A DNA stretch of 64,000 bases. It comes from Alphaproteobacteria bacterium (GTDB taxonomy: Bacteria; Pseudomonadota; Alphaproteobacteria; SP197). The first letter of the stretch is position 1, and every line of letters starts with the position of its first letter. Both the position numbers and the translations under genes were made by a program. The notes beneath the pieces were generated by a model. That model was given only the letters and a program-made list of their open reading frames with translations. It did not search any database and had not been told where the DNA came from. Below are positions 31,249-42,242 of the stretch, piece after piece. Location: NCBI GenBank assembly GCA_964291265.2, contig OZ219747.1:288001-352000 (forward strand), written 5' to 3'.

Positions 31249-33208
31249 ACCGAAGTTCCAGCGCCGATCAAGTGCAAATGCTTGATATAAATGGCATTCG
31301 ATGGATCTCAGGGGCGTCTGACTGGGTACATTACGGCTTCACGCCCAGGAGCTTGAGTGCTCTTCTCTGGAGCGGCGTGGGCCGCGTGGTGACCTGGAAG
31401 GGTTGGGCGCCCGCAAGGCGGGGCGCCACGGTGTTGCGGGTGATGGTCGCGAGATCATCGAGGAGAGTGCGGAAACTGTGCACCGGATCACCCCCGGGCG
31501 TCCTCTTGGTTGCCGCCTTGGCCCGGGCGCTCGCCGAGACTTCTGCCGGCGCCACGACGGACGGCCGCCGGGCCTCGGCGCCTTCGGCATCCTCGTCGTC
31601 GAACAGCATGGGCTTCAGTTTCTGGCGCATGTGCCATTCCACGTAGTAGGCGAGCATGCACAGGAAGACATGGGCGCGGACCCGGGGTTCGGTGCGGTGG
31701 TAGACGGGGCGGACCTTCAGATCCACGGTCTTCAGGCTGCGGAAGGCCCGTTCCACCGAACTCAGCCGCTTGTAGGCGCGCACTGTGCCGGGACCGTCGA
31801 GCTCGCTCTGCGGCAGGCTGGTGCGGATCACGTAGAGGCCGTCGAGCCTGGCCTCGGCGGCGATGGCAGCCTCATCGCGCCCATAGGTGAAGACACCCTC
31901 GTCGTCGATGGACCACGTGAAGTGCTTCGCCATCTTGTATTTACCGATGACCTTGCCGACCCGCTCCCCGATCTTGTCGGCACCCTTGAGACGGCGCTTG
32001 TCGCGCCGTGTCGCTGCTGCGATCGGTTCAAGCAGGGCCTCGGTGGCCTCGAGCAGCTCCTGGCGCTTGCGGGCCCGGTCCTCGGCCAGCAGGGGGTTGC
32101 GGCAGACCATGAGGCGTTCGCCGGGATACGCATCGCTGGTGATCTCCACCAGGTCCCTCTCGTCGAAGAGCGACATCTCGACGTCGCCGGCCTCCACAAG
32201 GGCGCGGATGGCCGGTCCCCTCAAGGCGCTGATCCAGTCCAGGCCCGCAGGCTTCACCTCCTCGCGTATGCGCGCCTCGGTCAGCATCCCCCGGTCTCCC
32301 ACCAGCACCACCTTCGCCAGGGAGAAGCGCTCCTGCAGCGTGGTGATCTGTGATGCCACCGTCCCGGGGTCCGCCGTGTTGCCGGGGAACACTTCCACCG
32401 ACACTGGACAGCCGTCCCGATCGCACAGAAGGCCGAACTCGATCTGCAGCTTGCCCTTCTTGCCATCCCGGGAATGACCCCTCCTTGCCAGGGGACACGC
32501 TCTCCCCTCCATCCATACCGAGGTCAGGTCATAGAGCACCAGGCAGCCCTCTTCGAGGCGCCGCTTCGCCAGGGACCGCTCGATCCTCTCCTGACGCTCC
32601 AGGAGCCAGTCCATGGCGCCGTAGAGGGCGTCCTCGTCCATCTCCGCATCGAGGACCTCGCCCAGGGTGCTGACCGCCGTGGCCTCGGCCAGCCCCCTGG
32701 CCGTGGCCAGCTTCGAGGCGGGCTCGAGGATGCGTGCCACGATCATGGCCAGGACCTGATCGCGCCGTGCCGAGGGCTTCGGGTCGATCAACCTGTCCAG
32801 TCCCAGCTTCTTCAGGGTTCCCAGCACCGCGGCGACATGCCCATGGGGGAGGGAGCGGACGATGTCGAAGGCATCGTCGAGATGTCGGACTGCTGTTCCT
32901 CCCTTGAGGAGGATGCGCAATCCCTCGACGAGAGTGGGGGACCACTTGGAGAGGTTGGCGATGGTGCGCTTCTTGACCTTTCCGTTTTCGCGATAGGACT
33001 CGCGGAGCAGGATGGCGGGCGGCGAGGAGCGGTTGGGGACGGCTTCGATGTACATGGCTACTGTACATAGGCACGGCACTGCCGTGTGTCAAGCACAAAA
33101 TGCATCCGTACATGGGTACGTTGTGAAGTCCGTCAAACCCGATAAACCGCGCAAGATCAACGACTTGACGCGATTTCCAGCTGGAAAACGTCCGGAACTT
33201 CGGCCTAG
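31245..33208 (-). mobile_element. IS1634-family insertion sequence
   Basis: Ends CTAGACCGAAGTTCC and GGAACTTCGGCCTAG; CTAG on both flanks. Confidence 0.92.
31331..33055 (-). CDS. IS1634-family transposase
   Basis: MYIEAVPNR, LYDLTS, VGDRGM, VERAFRSLK, AHVFLCMLAY. Confidence 0.93.
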   Translation of the reverse strand: MYIEAVPNRSSPPAILLRESYRENGKVKKRTIANLSKWSPTLVEGLRILLKGGTAVRHLDDAFDIVRSLPHGHVAAVLGTLKKLGLDRLIDPKPSARRDQVLAMIVARILEPASKLATARGLAEATAVSTLGEVLDAEMDEDALYGAMDWLLERQERIERSLAKRRLEEGCLVLYDLTSVWMEGRACPLARRGHSRDGKKGKLQIEFGLLCDRDGCPVSVEVFPGNTADPGTVASQITTLQERFSLAKVVLVGDRGMLTEARIREEVKPAGLDWISALRGPAIRALVEAGDVEMSLFDERDLVEITSDAYPGERLMVCRNPLLAEDRARKRQELLEATEALLEPIAAATRRDKRRLKGADKIGERVGKVIGKYKMAKHFTWSIDDEGVFTYGRDEAAIAAEARLDGLYVIRTSLPQSELDGPGTVRAYKRLSSVERAFRSLKTVDLKVRPVYHRTEPRVRAHVFLCMLAYYVEWHMRQKLKPMLFDDEDAEGAEARRPSVVAPAEVSASARAKAATKRTPGGDPVHSFRTLLDDLATITRNTVAPRLAGAQPFQVTTRPTPLQRRALKLLGVKP

Positions 33209-34002
33209 AGCACTTCTTCGAAGTAGCGCACGGCATGCTCGATCAGGCTGCGCATGGCAAACAGCATGGCCGGAGCATCGCCGATCCTGCCCCGTTGCAC
33301 TCCATCTCCGGTGGCGAAGTGCTCCCCGACAGCGGGGAAGTGGGTACCGTTGTCGTCCGCGACATTCGGCACCTCCACCCAAGTGCGTCGTCCATCGACC
33401 AGCATCGGGAAGCGCAAGGTCTTGAGTCGTCGCCGGTCGACCAGCGACTCGGCGTAGTGCAATGCCGTGCAGCGGTTGAAACCCACGCCCAGGAGCAGGA
33501 TCCGGCAATCGAGGTCATGGAGCTTCCCGAACGGTCCGCCCGGACCTTCCGAGAAGGCCAGGGGGTGGTCGCCGATGATACCCGGCGCCTCGACGCCCCG
33601 GGCACAGACGGACTCGACCGGGTGTTGGCTGCGCAGGGTGTCCGGCCAGTTGCGAAAGCTCTCGCATATGGCGCCCATGGTCGTAGGCGTGGTTCGGGCA
33701 TCGAAGACCGGAAGGTGCTCCCTGACCTCATCCAGCCAGGCTTCGGGGAGTCGGGGACTCGTCCATGTCGCAGGGTCGGCGCAGTGAGGCGTCGCCGCCG
33801 GCATGACCAGCGTGCCGCCTTCCCCGAGTGCGGACAGGAGTGCCCGCACCACGGTCGGTGCTCCGCCGACGACCCAGCCGATCGAACTCAGCGAGGAGTG
33901 GACCAGCAGGGTCGTGCCCCGAGTGACGCCTATCGCCGCAAGATCCCTCTCCAGACCGGCTTGCGTCTTGGGCTCGCCTTCGAACATCCTCATCGTTGTC
34001 AC
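33205..34002 (-). CDS. AAC(3) family (YokD-like) N-acetyltransferase
   Basis: LVHSSLSSIGWV, MGAICESFR, RSQHP, LLLGVGF..CTALHYAE. Confidence 0.9.
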   Translation of the reverse strand: MTTMRMFEGEPKTQAGLERDLAAIGVTRGTTLLVHSSLSSIGWVVGGAPTVVRALLSALGEGGTLVMPAATPHCADPATWTSPRLPEAWLDEVREHLPVFDARTTPTTMGAICESFRNWPDTLRSQHPVESVCARGVEAPGIIGDHPLAFSEGPGGPFGKLHDLDCRILLLGVGFNRCTALHYAESLVDRRRLKTLRFPMLVDGRRTWVEVPNVADDNGTHFPAVGEHFATGDGVQRGRIGDAPAMLFAMRSLIEHAVRYFEEVL

Positions 34003-34396
34003 CTCCAGGACTCCCGCAAGGCGCCGTTACCTTCCTTCAGGAGTCTGGTAGGCATGCATAGCCAAGTCGTTTACCGGCCCCTGGTGCTGCGTCAAGCACC
34101 AACTTTCAACTCTACCAACTTCATGGTTGGACGGGTGCGTGTTCCTATGGCACCAAGTCGAGAACCGACTTTCCTGGCGAGTTCGTGGCCCGCTGGGAAA
34201 GGCGGAAGGGAGGTGTCTGAGGTTCGAGCATGCCGACAAGCTGCCGAGGGTCATGTCGAGATCTGTGCCATTCCGCAAGGCCGGTCGCACCGGCATCAAT
34301 TCGATGGGTCCATACAGCAAGTGGAGGTCGCTGAGATAGCCGCAACGAATTGCAACCTTGCGCAATTTTGCGGTGGTTGTGCGAAACAACCAGGTG

Positions 34397-34425
34397 TTGA
34401 CTTGCAACGATATAAACAGTATACG
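34397..34425 (+). promoter_or_regulatory. Putative sigma70 promoter of the ATPase-S8 operon
   Basis: TTGACT-N17-TATACG amid several GCAAC/TTGC motifs. Confidence 0.4.
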
Positions 34426-34466
34426 CAATCACGGTGTGGCTCTCATTGCCCTTCTCAGGAGTCGGT

Positions 34467-35684
34467 ATGGAGCATTTCTCGATAACTCAGGCGCTGTGCC
34501 GAGCAGCAATGGCGAATGCCTCCCCCGCGTTACGGAAGCAGGTGGAGCGGCTGAGAAACGCGCTCGCCCAGGACGGGGAAGACCGGCAGGCAGCGGCCCT
34601 GACCAAACTCCTCCGCGCCGCCGAGCGGACAAGGGAGATGGCACCAGGGCGGCTTGCGCGTTCGAGGGCGCAAATGCCTGGTGAAACGCTCAGTCGCAAC
34701 ACACCACTCCCTGTCGACCGCGAGACGTCTGCTACGTTGGCTGAGCTTCTGTTTCCGGCGGACATTCGCGCCGACCCGCCCTTGTTCAATTCGACGGTCA
34801 CCGCTGCCATCGAGACGGTCATCGAGGAGTGGACGAATCTTGCAGCGCTCTCCGCTCTCGACCTTCAACCGCCAAGGACCTGCCTCATCTATGGTGCGCC
34901 TGGCACCGGCAAGACCCGCCTCGCCCTGTGGATAGCCCATGAGCTCAGCCTGCCTGTCGTGCTGGCGAGGCTGGACGGTTTGGTATCCTCGTTTCTCGGA
35001 ACGACTGCGCGCAACATCGGCAATCTCTTTGCCTTCGCGAACCGCCATCGGTGTTTGCTGCTTCTGGACGAGTTCGACGCCATCGCGAAGCTCCGCGACG
35101 ACCCGCAGGAGGTGGGCGAGATCAAGCGGGTGGTGAATGCCCTGTTGCAGAACCTTGATTCGCGCAAGAACCTCGGCTTCACCATAGGAATCACGAACCA
35201 TGAACGTCTGCTGGATCCTGCGGTCTGGCGGCGCTTCGAGGTGCAGCTTGAGCTTCCGAAACCGGACTTTCAGATGCGCACAGCAGTCGCCCGACACTTC
35301 ATGCCGCCGATCGAAGTTCCCGAAAGCCATCTCCGTCTGATCGCCTGGTTTACGGAAGGGTGCACGGGCGCAGAGATCGAGTCCCTTGTGCGCACCTGCA
35401 AGAAGGCCACCACGGTAAGGAATCATGATCGACGGAGCTTGTTGGACACGCTTCGGCAGTTTGCGACACTCAATGGCGCACGCATCAACAGTACCCGGCG
35501 GGTGCTTCTGTTCAGCAATGAGGCGACCCTGTTCCGCGCCATGAAAGATGATCCCGAACTCGGCTTTTCACTTGCCGACATCGGCAAAGTCGCCGGCCGG
35601 GATAAATCCACGGTAAGCCGCCAACTCGGAAAGCATCGAGATCACCATCCCGAAGCCAGAGGCGAAGCGAGCGCCGATGGCTAG
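34467..35684 (+). CDS. ietA: AAA+ ATPase with C-terminal HTH (IetA-like)
   Basis: GAPGTGKT, LLLDEFD, LDPAVWRRF; overlaps the S8 peptidase gene. Confidence 0.85.
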   Translation: MEHFSITQALCRAAMANASPALRKQVERLRNALAQDGEDRQAAALTKLLRAAERTREMAPGRLARSRAQMPGETLSRNTPLPVDRETSATLAELLFPADIRADPPLFNSTVTAAIETVIEEWTNLAALSALDLQPPRTCLIYGAPGTGKTRLALWIAHELSLPVVLARLDGLVSSFLGTTARNIGNLFAFANRHRCLLLLDEFDAIAKLRDDPQEVGEIKRVVNALLQNLDSRKNLGFTIGITNHERLLDPAVWRRFEVQLELPKPDFQMRTAVARHFMPPIEVPESHLRLIAWFTEGCTGAEIESLVRTCKKATTVRNHDRRSLLDTLRQFATLNGARINSTRRVLLFSNEATLFRAMKDDPELGFSLADIGKVAGRDKSTVSRQLGKHRDHHPEARGEASADG

Positions 35685-38177
35685 TCCAATCCAGATCATC
35701 CTGAATCCCGAGAATTATGAGGAGGTTCGGGAAAAGTCCGGCGGCGGTCCGAAGAAGGATTTCTTTGCAAACCGTGATCAGGAATTCCGACAACACAAGT
35801 CGCGCCTCATCAAGCAGCTCAGAACCGTTGCGGACTGTCTACATGCAAGTTCACCACAGGCTGATCTGGGCTATGTGAAGGTGATCCTGCGACGTCCGGC
35901 CTGGGCCAAGAGCCACCGGCCACTGCATGCGCTCTTCAAGCCAAGTCGCACTCCGATGGTAGGCGGAACGGATCTCGGCGTCGTGCTTGTTGAAGCGCGA
36001 CCTTCGACCTTGTTGCAGGTGGCCGAGGAAATCGCCGAGGCCGAAGATCACACCAGGTTTCGTTTCGTCGAGGCCCGGGGAAGGGAAGTCCCGTACCCCT
36101 CAGCCCGCCGGAGTGAGGCCGGCGCCATTGACCGAGTTGAGATTTATGGTCAGAGCGACCGACGAGATTTTTCGCTCGAAGAGGCTGTGGCGTGGCTGTC
36201 AAACCCGATCACTGGTGGCAGCTACCAGGTCGAGCTCTTCGAAGTACCACCTCCGCGGGGCGATTGGGACGCACTCGATGAAAGCCATCGCCTCCTGTTC
36301 CAGTCCTTTGTTGCTGGCCTCGAGGCGCTCGGTGAGGGACTGATGGTTCAGCGGCTTTCCAGCCGCGTCCGCCGAGCCCAACCACTTTTGTCCATCCGAT
36401 TGGCTCGCTCCGATGCCCCCCCAACACTACGCCTGGGTTCGCCCCCTCAGAGCGATCGTCGCCGCGAAGTCGCGCCTTTCGATCCGTCGCAAGAGCGGCA
36501 TAGGCGCGTCTTGGCCTTCTTGGACAAACATCCCCTTGTGCGCAAGGTGTCGCTCCCCGGCGTTGTCGTGAGAGCAACAACCAGTCAAGGCCTTGTACGC
36601 CCCAACGAGGCGATGGTGCCCGTCCGGGATACGGCTAGAACCCATCCGAAAATCGGCATCATCGACGGCGGACTGGGTGAGGCACTATCGGATTGGATAA
36701 TTGACCGATGGGACATTCTTGCCGAAGAACACAGGGATCTCGCGCATGGGTCTTTCATTGGAGGTCTCGCCGTCCTCGGTGGAACACTCAACGGCCCCCA
36801 ATGTTGTCCAGAGGCCGATGGCGCTGAAATCGTCGATCTCGCCGTATTTCCGAGCGAAAGTAGCGACATCTTCGCGTTGTATTATCCTGAGGGCCCGCAT
36901 CAATTTTTTGATGAAGTCGAAATCGCTTTAGGTGACATGCGGTCGCGGCACGGCGTCCGCATCTTCAACATGAGCCTGAACGTACTGCAGCAAGCGCCCC
37001 TTGATCGATACAGTCCTCATGCGGCCCATCTCGACCGCATTGCCGAAGATAACGATGCCATTGTCTTCGTGTCGGCGGGCAACCTCGAATCCCAAGATCT
37101 CCGCCCAGAATGGCCAGACGACGAGACACAGGCGCTCGCGACCATAGCCGCGTCGATCAACGACGGATTGCTCATGCCGGCTGAGAGCGTTCGAAATCTA
37201 GCAGTTGCCGCGGTCAACCCGCCAGGACACCCGATTTCCGTCCCTTTCGCGCCGTGCCGCTTCAGTCGGCGGGGACCAGGCTTGCGAGCCGGTGTAAAGC
37301 CAGATCTCGCTCATGTCGGTGGTTCCGGTTCTCCTCAGCCTCCACTTGACCACGCGCTCTTCTCGGTCACCCCTGATGGCGCGATCATCAGCGGGTGTGG
37401 CACAAGCTATGCAACTCCGCTCGTTGCGAAGACGGCTGCTGCCCTTGACCACGCATTGAAGGTGATGTCTCAAGAGAAACGCTCATCGGTCTCCTGGTTC
37501 ATAACGCCCAGGTTCCGGAACCGCTTCAGGCGAAGGCATTAGCCCCGGTAGCCCGTCACCTGGTGGGTTTCGGTGTTCCATCATCGACAGAGCATATTCT
37601 TGAATCTGGCGATCACGAGATCACGTTGGTCTTCGCCTCGCGGATCAGACGTGATCAGCAGATGATCTTTCCGTTCTCCTGGCCTGCGTCTCTTCTGGGT
37701 CCTGGGGGGAAGTGCCGCGGCGCCGCGCGTTTGACCCTCGTGTCCTCGCCGCCGCTTGATCCGCGCTATGGCTCTGAATTCGTGCGCGTCAATCTTGAAG
37801 CAGCCCTTCAGCAAGAGAATCCTGACGGCGGTTGGAGAGGCCGCCTGGATCCTGTCTATCTTCCGGGTGGAAGCGAGAATCCAGTTATCGAAGCCGAACT
37901 CATCGAGCACGGCCTGAAATGGAGTCCGGTCAAGGTCTTCGCCAAAGAGATGCCGCGCGGGGTAGGCACGTCATCTAGCTGGCGGCTTTCCATCAACTAC
38001 CTGACGCGTGCTGGTGAGAAGATGCCCGATGATGGGGTGCCCTTCACCGCAATCTTGACGATCTCTGACCCGGAGGGAGCGCAGCCGGTTTTCAACGACC
38101 TGCGTCAGACACTCATAGCTCTCGGTGTGCAGATTTCCGACATCCGTACGGCCGCGCGCATCACCCCACGCGTATAA
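35677..38177 (+). pseudogene. ietS: S8 subtilisin-like peptidase (IetS-like), frameshift near 37455
   Basis: IIDGG, HGSFIGG, GTSYATP triad; reading continues in another frame as IEGDVSRETLIGLLVH...LVGFGVP to the stop at 38177. Confidence 0.85.
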
Positions 38178-38205
38178 TGTCGGTCAGCGGCTCGAGTCGT
38201 AACTA

Positions 38206-39991
38206 GTGTCCGCCCGAGAAAGTACAACCATTTGACTCTAAAACCTGAATTGTGGTATGAGTGAGGCAAAGAACCCCGCTTTGGGGCGGGAATCAGCCGG
38301 ATTTTCGGGAAATTTCGCGAGAATGGCCATGCGAGACTTCGTCCGCCCTCAGCTGGAGTTGGGACAGGTAGCGATCGAGGAGATCGATCTCAACGAGCAC
38401 TCGCGGGACGACATTCCGCCGATGCTGCGCGGGATTCAGCGCGTGTACACCGATCCGTCGACCCGTGCCCGGCTGTTTGAGATCCTGGAGGAGGGGATCC
38501 TTCCCGGAGTGTCGCTCACGAAAGGGCGCCCCGGCATGGAGCTTTGGAAGATCCTGGTGATGGGTCTCCTGAAGCAGGGCCTGGGACATGACTGCGATCA
38601 CCTGCACGAGCTGGTGAACGAGCACAAGACGGTTCGTAAGTTCCTGGGTCACGCCGACATCTGGGGCGACACACGCTACGGGCATCAAACGGTGGTGGAC
38701 AACGTGAGCCAGCTGACGCCGGATGTGCTGGAGAAGGTGTCGCAGCTGGTGGCGGAGAGCGGCCATGCGATGGTGCGCATGCGCAAGCGTGGCAAGGATC
38801 GTCGCCATGTGGACGGTCCTCTTCGTGGTCGTTGCGGTTCGTTTGTGGTGGAGACGGACGTGCACTACCCGACGGACGTCAATCTTCTGTGGGATGCGAT
38901 GCGTTGTCTGGTGCGCGATACGGGCCGCGCATCCGTGGCTGAGGGCATGACCGAATGGCGTCAGTGGAAGCATTGGACCCGGGTATTGCAGAAGCATTTT
39001 CAGAAGGTCCGGCAGACCCGTCGGACCTCTTCGGAGGATGTCGAGGCGTACCTCGACACCGGCCGGGAGTTGGTCCGGCGGGCGCAGGAGACAGTTCCGT
39101 TGCTTGTGGAGCGCGGCGTCGGGGCCCCCGCGGTTCTCAGGATCGAGTCGTACCTCGAGCATGCCCGCCGGCAGATCGATCAGGTGGACCGGCGCCTGCT
39201 GAAAGGCGAGAAGATTCCGCAGGACGAGAAGGTGTTCTCGATCTTCGAGGAGCACACGCGCTGGTGCGTGAAGGGCAAGGCCGGTGTGCCGGTGGAACTC
39301 GGTGTGCCGGTGGCCGTGCTGGAGGATCAGCACGGCTTTCTCCTGCACCACCGGATCCTGTGGGAAGGCAGTGACGTGGACCATGCCGTACCCGTGATCC
39401 GGGAAGCGCAGGCGCGCTTCCCGGATCTGCGCCTGTGCAGTTTCGACAAGGGGTTCCACAGCCCTTCCAACCGGGTCGCACTGGACGCACTGCTGGATCA
39501 CAACGTGCTTGTTGAAGAAGGGGAAGCTCTCTCGGGCGGACCGGGAACGGGAAGCTGAGACGACGTTCCGGGAGATGCGCCGGCAGCATCCGGCCGTGGG
39601 TGCCACGATCAACAATCTCAAGCAACGCGGCATGGACCGGGTCCTCATCCTACGGAGCGGACGGCTTTGCGCGGATGGTGGCGCTGTCCATGGTGGCCTT
39701 CAATGTCCACCACATCGGGCTGCTGCTGCACAGGGAGGCCCGGGCCCGACGACGACGACGAAGACGCGCCGCCTGACGGCAGCTCCCAAGACCCTATCCG
39801 CAACGAAACCCGCTCAAGCGGGAACGGAGCCGCTTGCCCTGAAGTCGGGATTCTTGCCTGGGATAGTCCTGATGCCGCCATGAATCGGCAGGAACAAGCC
39901 TCGAAAACGGAGCGCTCTGGGGCTCCGGGGGACGATCAAACCCGAAGCTTCGCCGAAAGGTCAGCCGAAACGGGCATTTCCGGGCGGGCAC
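38206..39991 (+). mobile_element. ISNCY/IS5-like insertion sequence, decayed
   Basis: TIRs GTGTCCGCCCGAGAAA and TTTCCGGGCGGGCAC; flanks TAACTA and GAACTA. Confidence 0.8.
38329..39776 (+). pseudogene. ISNCY-type transposase with frameshifts
   Basis: SRDDIP, GRPGMELW, FVVETDVHYPTD, SFDKGF; frameshifts near 39510 and 39648; RCGSF where RCDSF is expected. Confidence 0.8.
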
Positions 39992-40019
39992 GAACTAGAA
40001 CACGACGAGATTCGGTTGC

Positions 40020-40349
40020 GTGACGGGAAGACCGGTGCGCGCGCGGTCCCGCTGTCGCCGGCGGCGAGACGAGGGCTCAACGCCATGCCCCCTGCAGCCC
40101 GACAATCCCTGGGTCATCTTGGGGCGTGGACCCGGAACGCGCCTCGCCAATCTGAACGCATCGCGGCAGGTGTTCGGTCTTGAGGATGTGCGGCTTCACG
40201 ATCTTCGCCACGGTTTCACCAGCAGGGCGCTCGCGCACGGTGAGAGCCTGCCGATGATCGTCCGGCTCCTCGACCACAACCAGATCCAGACCACCGCCTC
40301 TACGCCCACCTCGCGAAGTGATTTGCGGCTCCATGCGCACCGCAGCTGA
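40020..40349 (+). pseudogene. Tyrosine integrase C-terminal remnant
   Basis: DVRLHDLRHGF and GESLPMIVRLLDHNQIQTT. Confidence 0.8.
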
Positions 40350-40361
40350 GAAGGTTTCGAC

Positions 40362-40830
40362 TCAGGCAGTGATGGAAGGCCGGCGCCGGCTCAAAGAAGA
40401 AGATCCAGATATGTGCGCCACTGCCCGAACGTGACGCTCAAGGGCTGCAGGCACTCTCTTCGTCCGGACGGCATCAAGGAAGGAGTCCGTGTCTCGCCGC
40501 CAGGCATCCCCGTCGAAGTCAGCGGCGAAAAACCGGCAACGGTCGTCCGGCAGCATGAAGCAGATGCCGGGCATATGGCGTCCTCATGGATGCTCGGCGA
40601 CCACTTCGTCCATCACCGCCAGGGAGGCTTGGTGAGGGCAGGCGCCGCACGGATTCCGGCAGAGTCGCAGTGTCCGCTCGTCAGCGAAGACTTGCGTGCA
40701 GTCCGCGTTGTCGGTCCCGGCGCTTTCCTGGCGCTTGGGATGGACATCCTCGCGGCCGCGAAACAGGAACCTGAACAACGCGACCTTGTCGAGCGCCGGC
40801 GAAAGCCCGGTGATCGGCGCCGGAGGTCGC
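40362..40830 (-). pseudogene. Remnant of AEP-type primase domain of a primase-helicase (TOTE-like)
   Basis: KVALFRFLFRGREDV, CGACPHQ, FFAADFD, PAALER with in-frame stop and frameshifts. Confidence 0.65.
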
Positions 40831-40952
40831 CGCGCGTCCTCTGAATCCGCCCGTCGGGCCACGAATTCGGCATGACATCTCCCGTTCGCCCCCAAGAGGC
40901 GCACGTTGCTCGCGTGTAAGCGCCGCCTCCCCTCGAGCGGACACCTTGTGCG

Positions 40953-41514
40953 TCAAACTTCTTCACTGAACATGGCCGGGATCGCTTCGATGGCGATGAA
41001 CATCCGTTCCGGACGATCCTGGAAGCTCCGGGAACCGAGACACTGGTAGAATGTCATGCGGCGCGCGCAGGCCTCGTTCTCTCCATCGTCGATCACGTCC
41101 AGGACAACCAGCTTGAGGCCCGACTTCACCAGCCACATTGAAAGCGCGGCCGAGCGCATCGACCGCCAGGTCGGAGCCAAGTCTCCGGCCTTGCCAGCTT
41201 CGATCCACAGCAATCATGGAGAGATACAGCGCCGGAACGCTGCCGGTACTGGGAGCCCGTCGGGGCAGCGCCTGTCCGAGTCCGTCCGTCGCGACGGCGT
41301 GTGCATTCAGCGCATAGTAGCCAAGCCCCTTGGACAATCCTTCGGCAACTGCAACGAATACTCTCGCAATGTCGTCCTTCTGCTGCTTTCTGGCGCTGAA
41401 CCGCAGAAAATTGTCGAGACGGTCCGTGCCGCAGGTGAAGCCCGACCGGTCATGCCGGCCGGGATCGAACGGTTCGATGACGATTCCGGGAGTCGCCGCA
41501 CGATCATCCTGCAT
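40953..41514 (-). pseudogene. GNAT acetyltransferase toxin (TacT/AtaT-like), frameshift near 41120
   Basis: HDRSGFTCG..LDNFL, IAVDRSWQGRRLG; C-terminus GLKLVVLDV..FYQ in another frame. Confidence 0.85.
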
Positions 41515-41815
41515 TGGCAATCCGGGCGCGGTAGTTGCGCACCGCTTCCCGGGCTGCCGGTGTAGGCGGCGGCGGATTGTCAAGCGCTTCCAGAAGCATC
41601 TGCCTGTCGCGCTCCAGAAGCGCCGTGGTCTGATGCTCACGCAGGATGCGCTCGGCCTCCCTGCCAACCGACGCTCTGACAAACGTTGAAAGCTTGACGC
41701 TCGACAGCTCGGCGGCCCGGACAATGCGCTCCTTGTCGCTCGGTCTCACCCACGTCTCGATATGATCGGTCGCCTTCTCATTCGAAGACGCTTCCACATC
41801 GCTGAAGTTCAACAC
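41504..41815 (-). CDS. DUF1778 (TacA/AtaR-like) antitoxin
   Basis: RAAELS..LSTFV, LEALDNPPPPT; overlaps the GNAT start. Confidence 0.88.
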   Translation of the reverse strand: MLNFSDVEASSNEKATDHIETWVRPSDKERIVRAAELSSVKLSTFVRASVGREAERILREHQTTALLERDRQMLLEALDNPPPPTPAAREAVRNYRARIANAG

Positions 41816-42242
41816 GGCCCACCCTCCTTTTCTGTCCAGACAATGTAGGGTCCAGCAGGAAGTATCAATGTCAGCTGTCCTGGTCCCTCCGGATCACGGC
41901 AGGACGGACCGGCAATGGCTTGATCGCGCCCTGGACGGAGACAGTCTGGATGTTGATCCACCGGACGCTCAATCCCGCGGAAGTCGATTGGGACGTCACG
42001 GGGCGGCTGACCCACGGACATCGGGTGCTGCGGTCCCTCGACAGAATTGCGACAGCGGCCGCTGGTTGATCGCCGACCGGGATGGCGTGTCGGCCAGGAC
42101 GTTCGCGCCGCCGGAAGGCGCCATCCTCGTGGACGGCAGCGCTTGTGCGAGCGCAAGGCACTGGTGATCGGATTCTGCAGATCCCGGCTCTGCCGGGTGT
42201 CGATGTCACCGAACCTCGCTGACATGCAGTCGTGAGCACGCG

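Noticed and set aside
41868-42225. Short ORFs at the right edge of island 2
   Set aside because: No recognisable motif; possibly a decayed gene but unsupported
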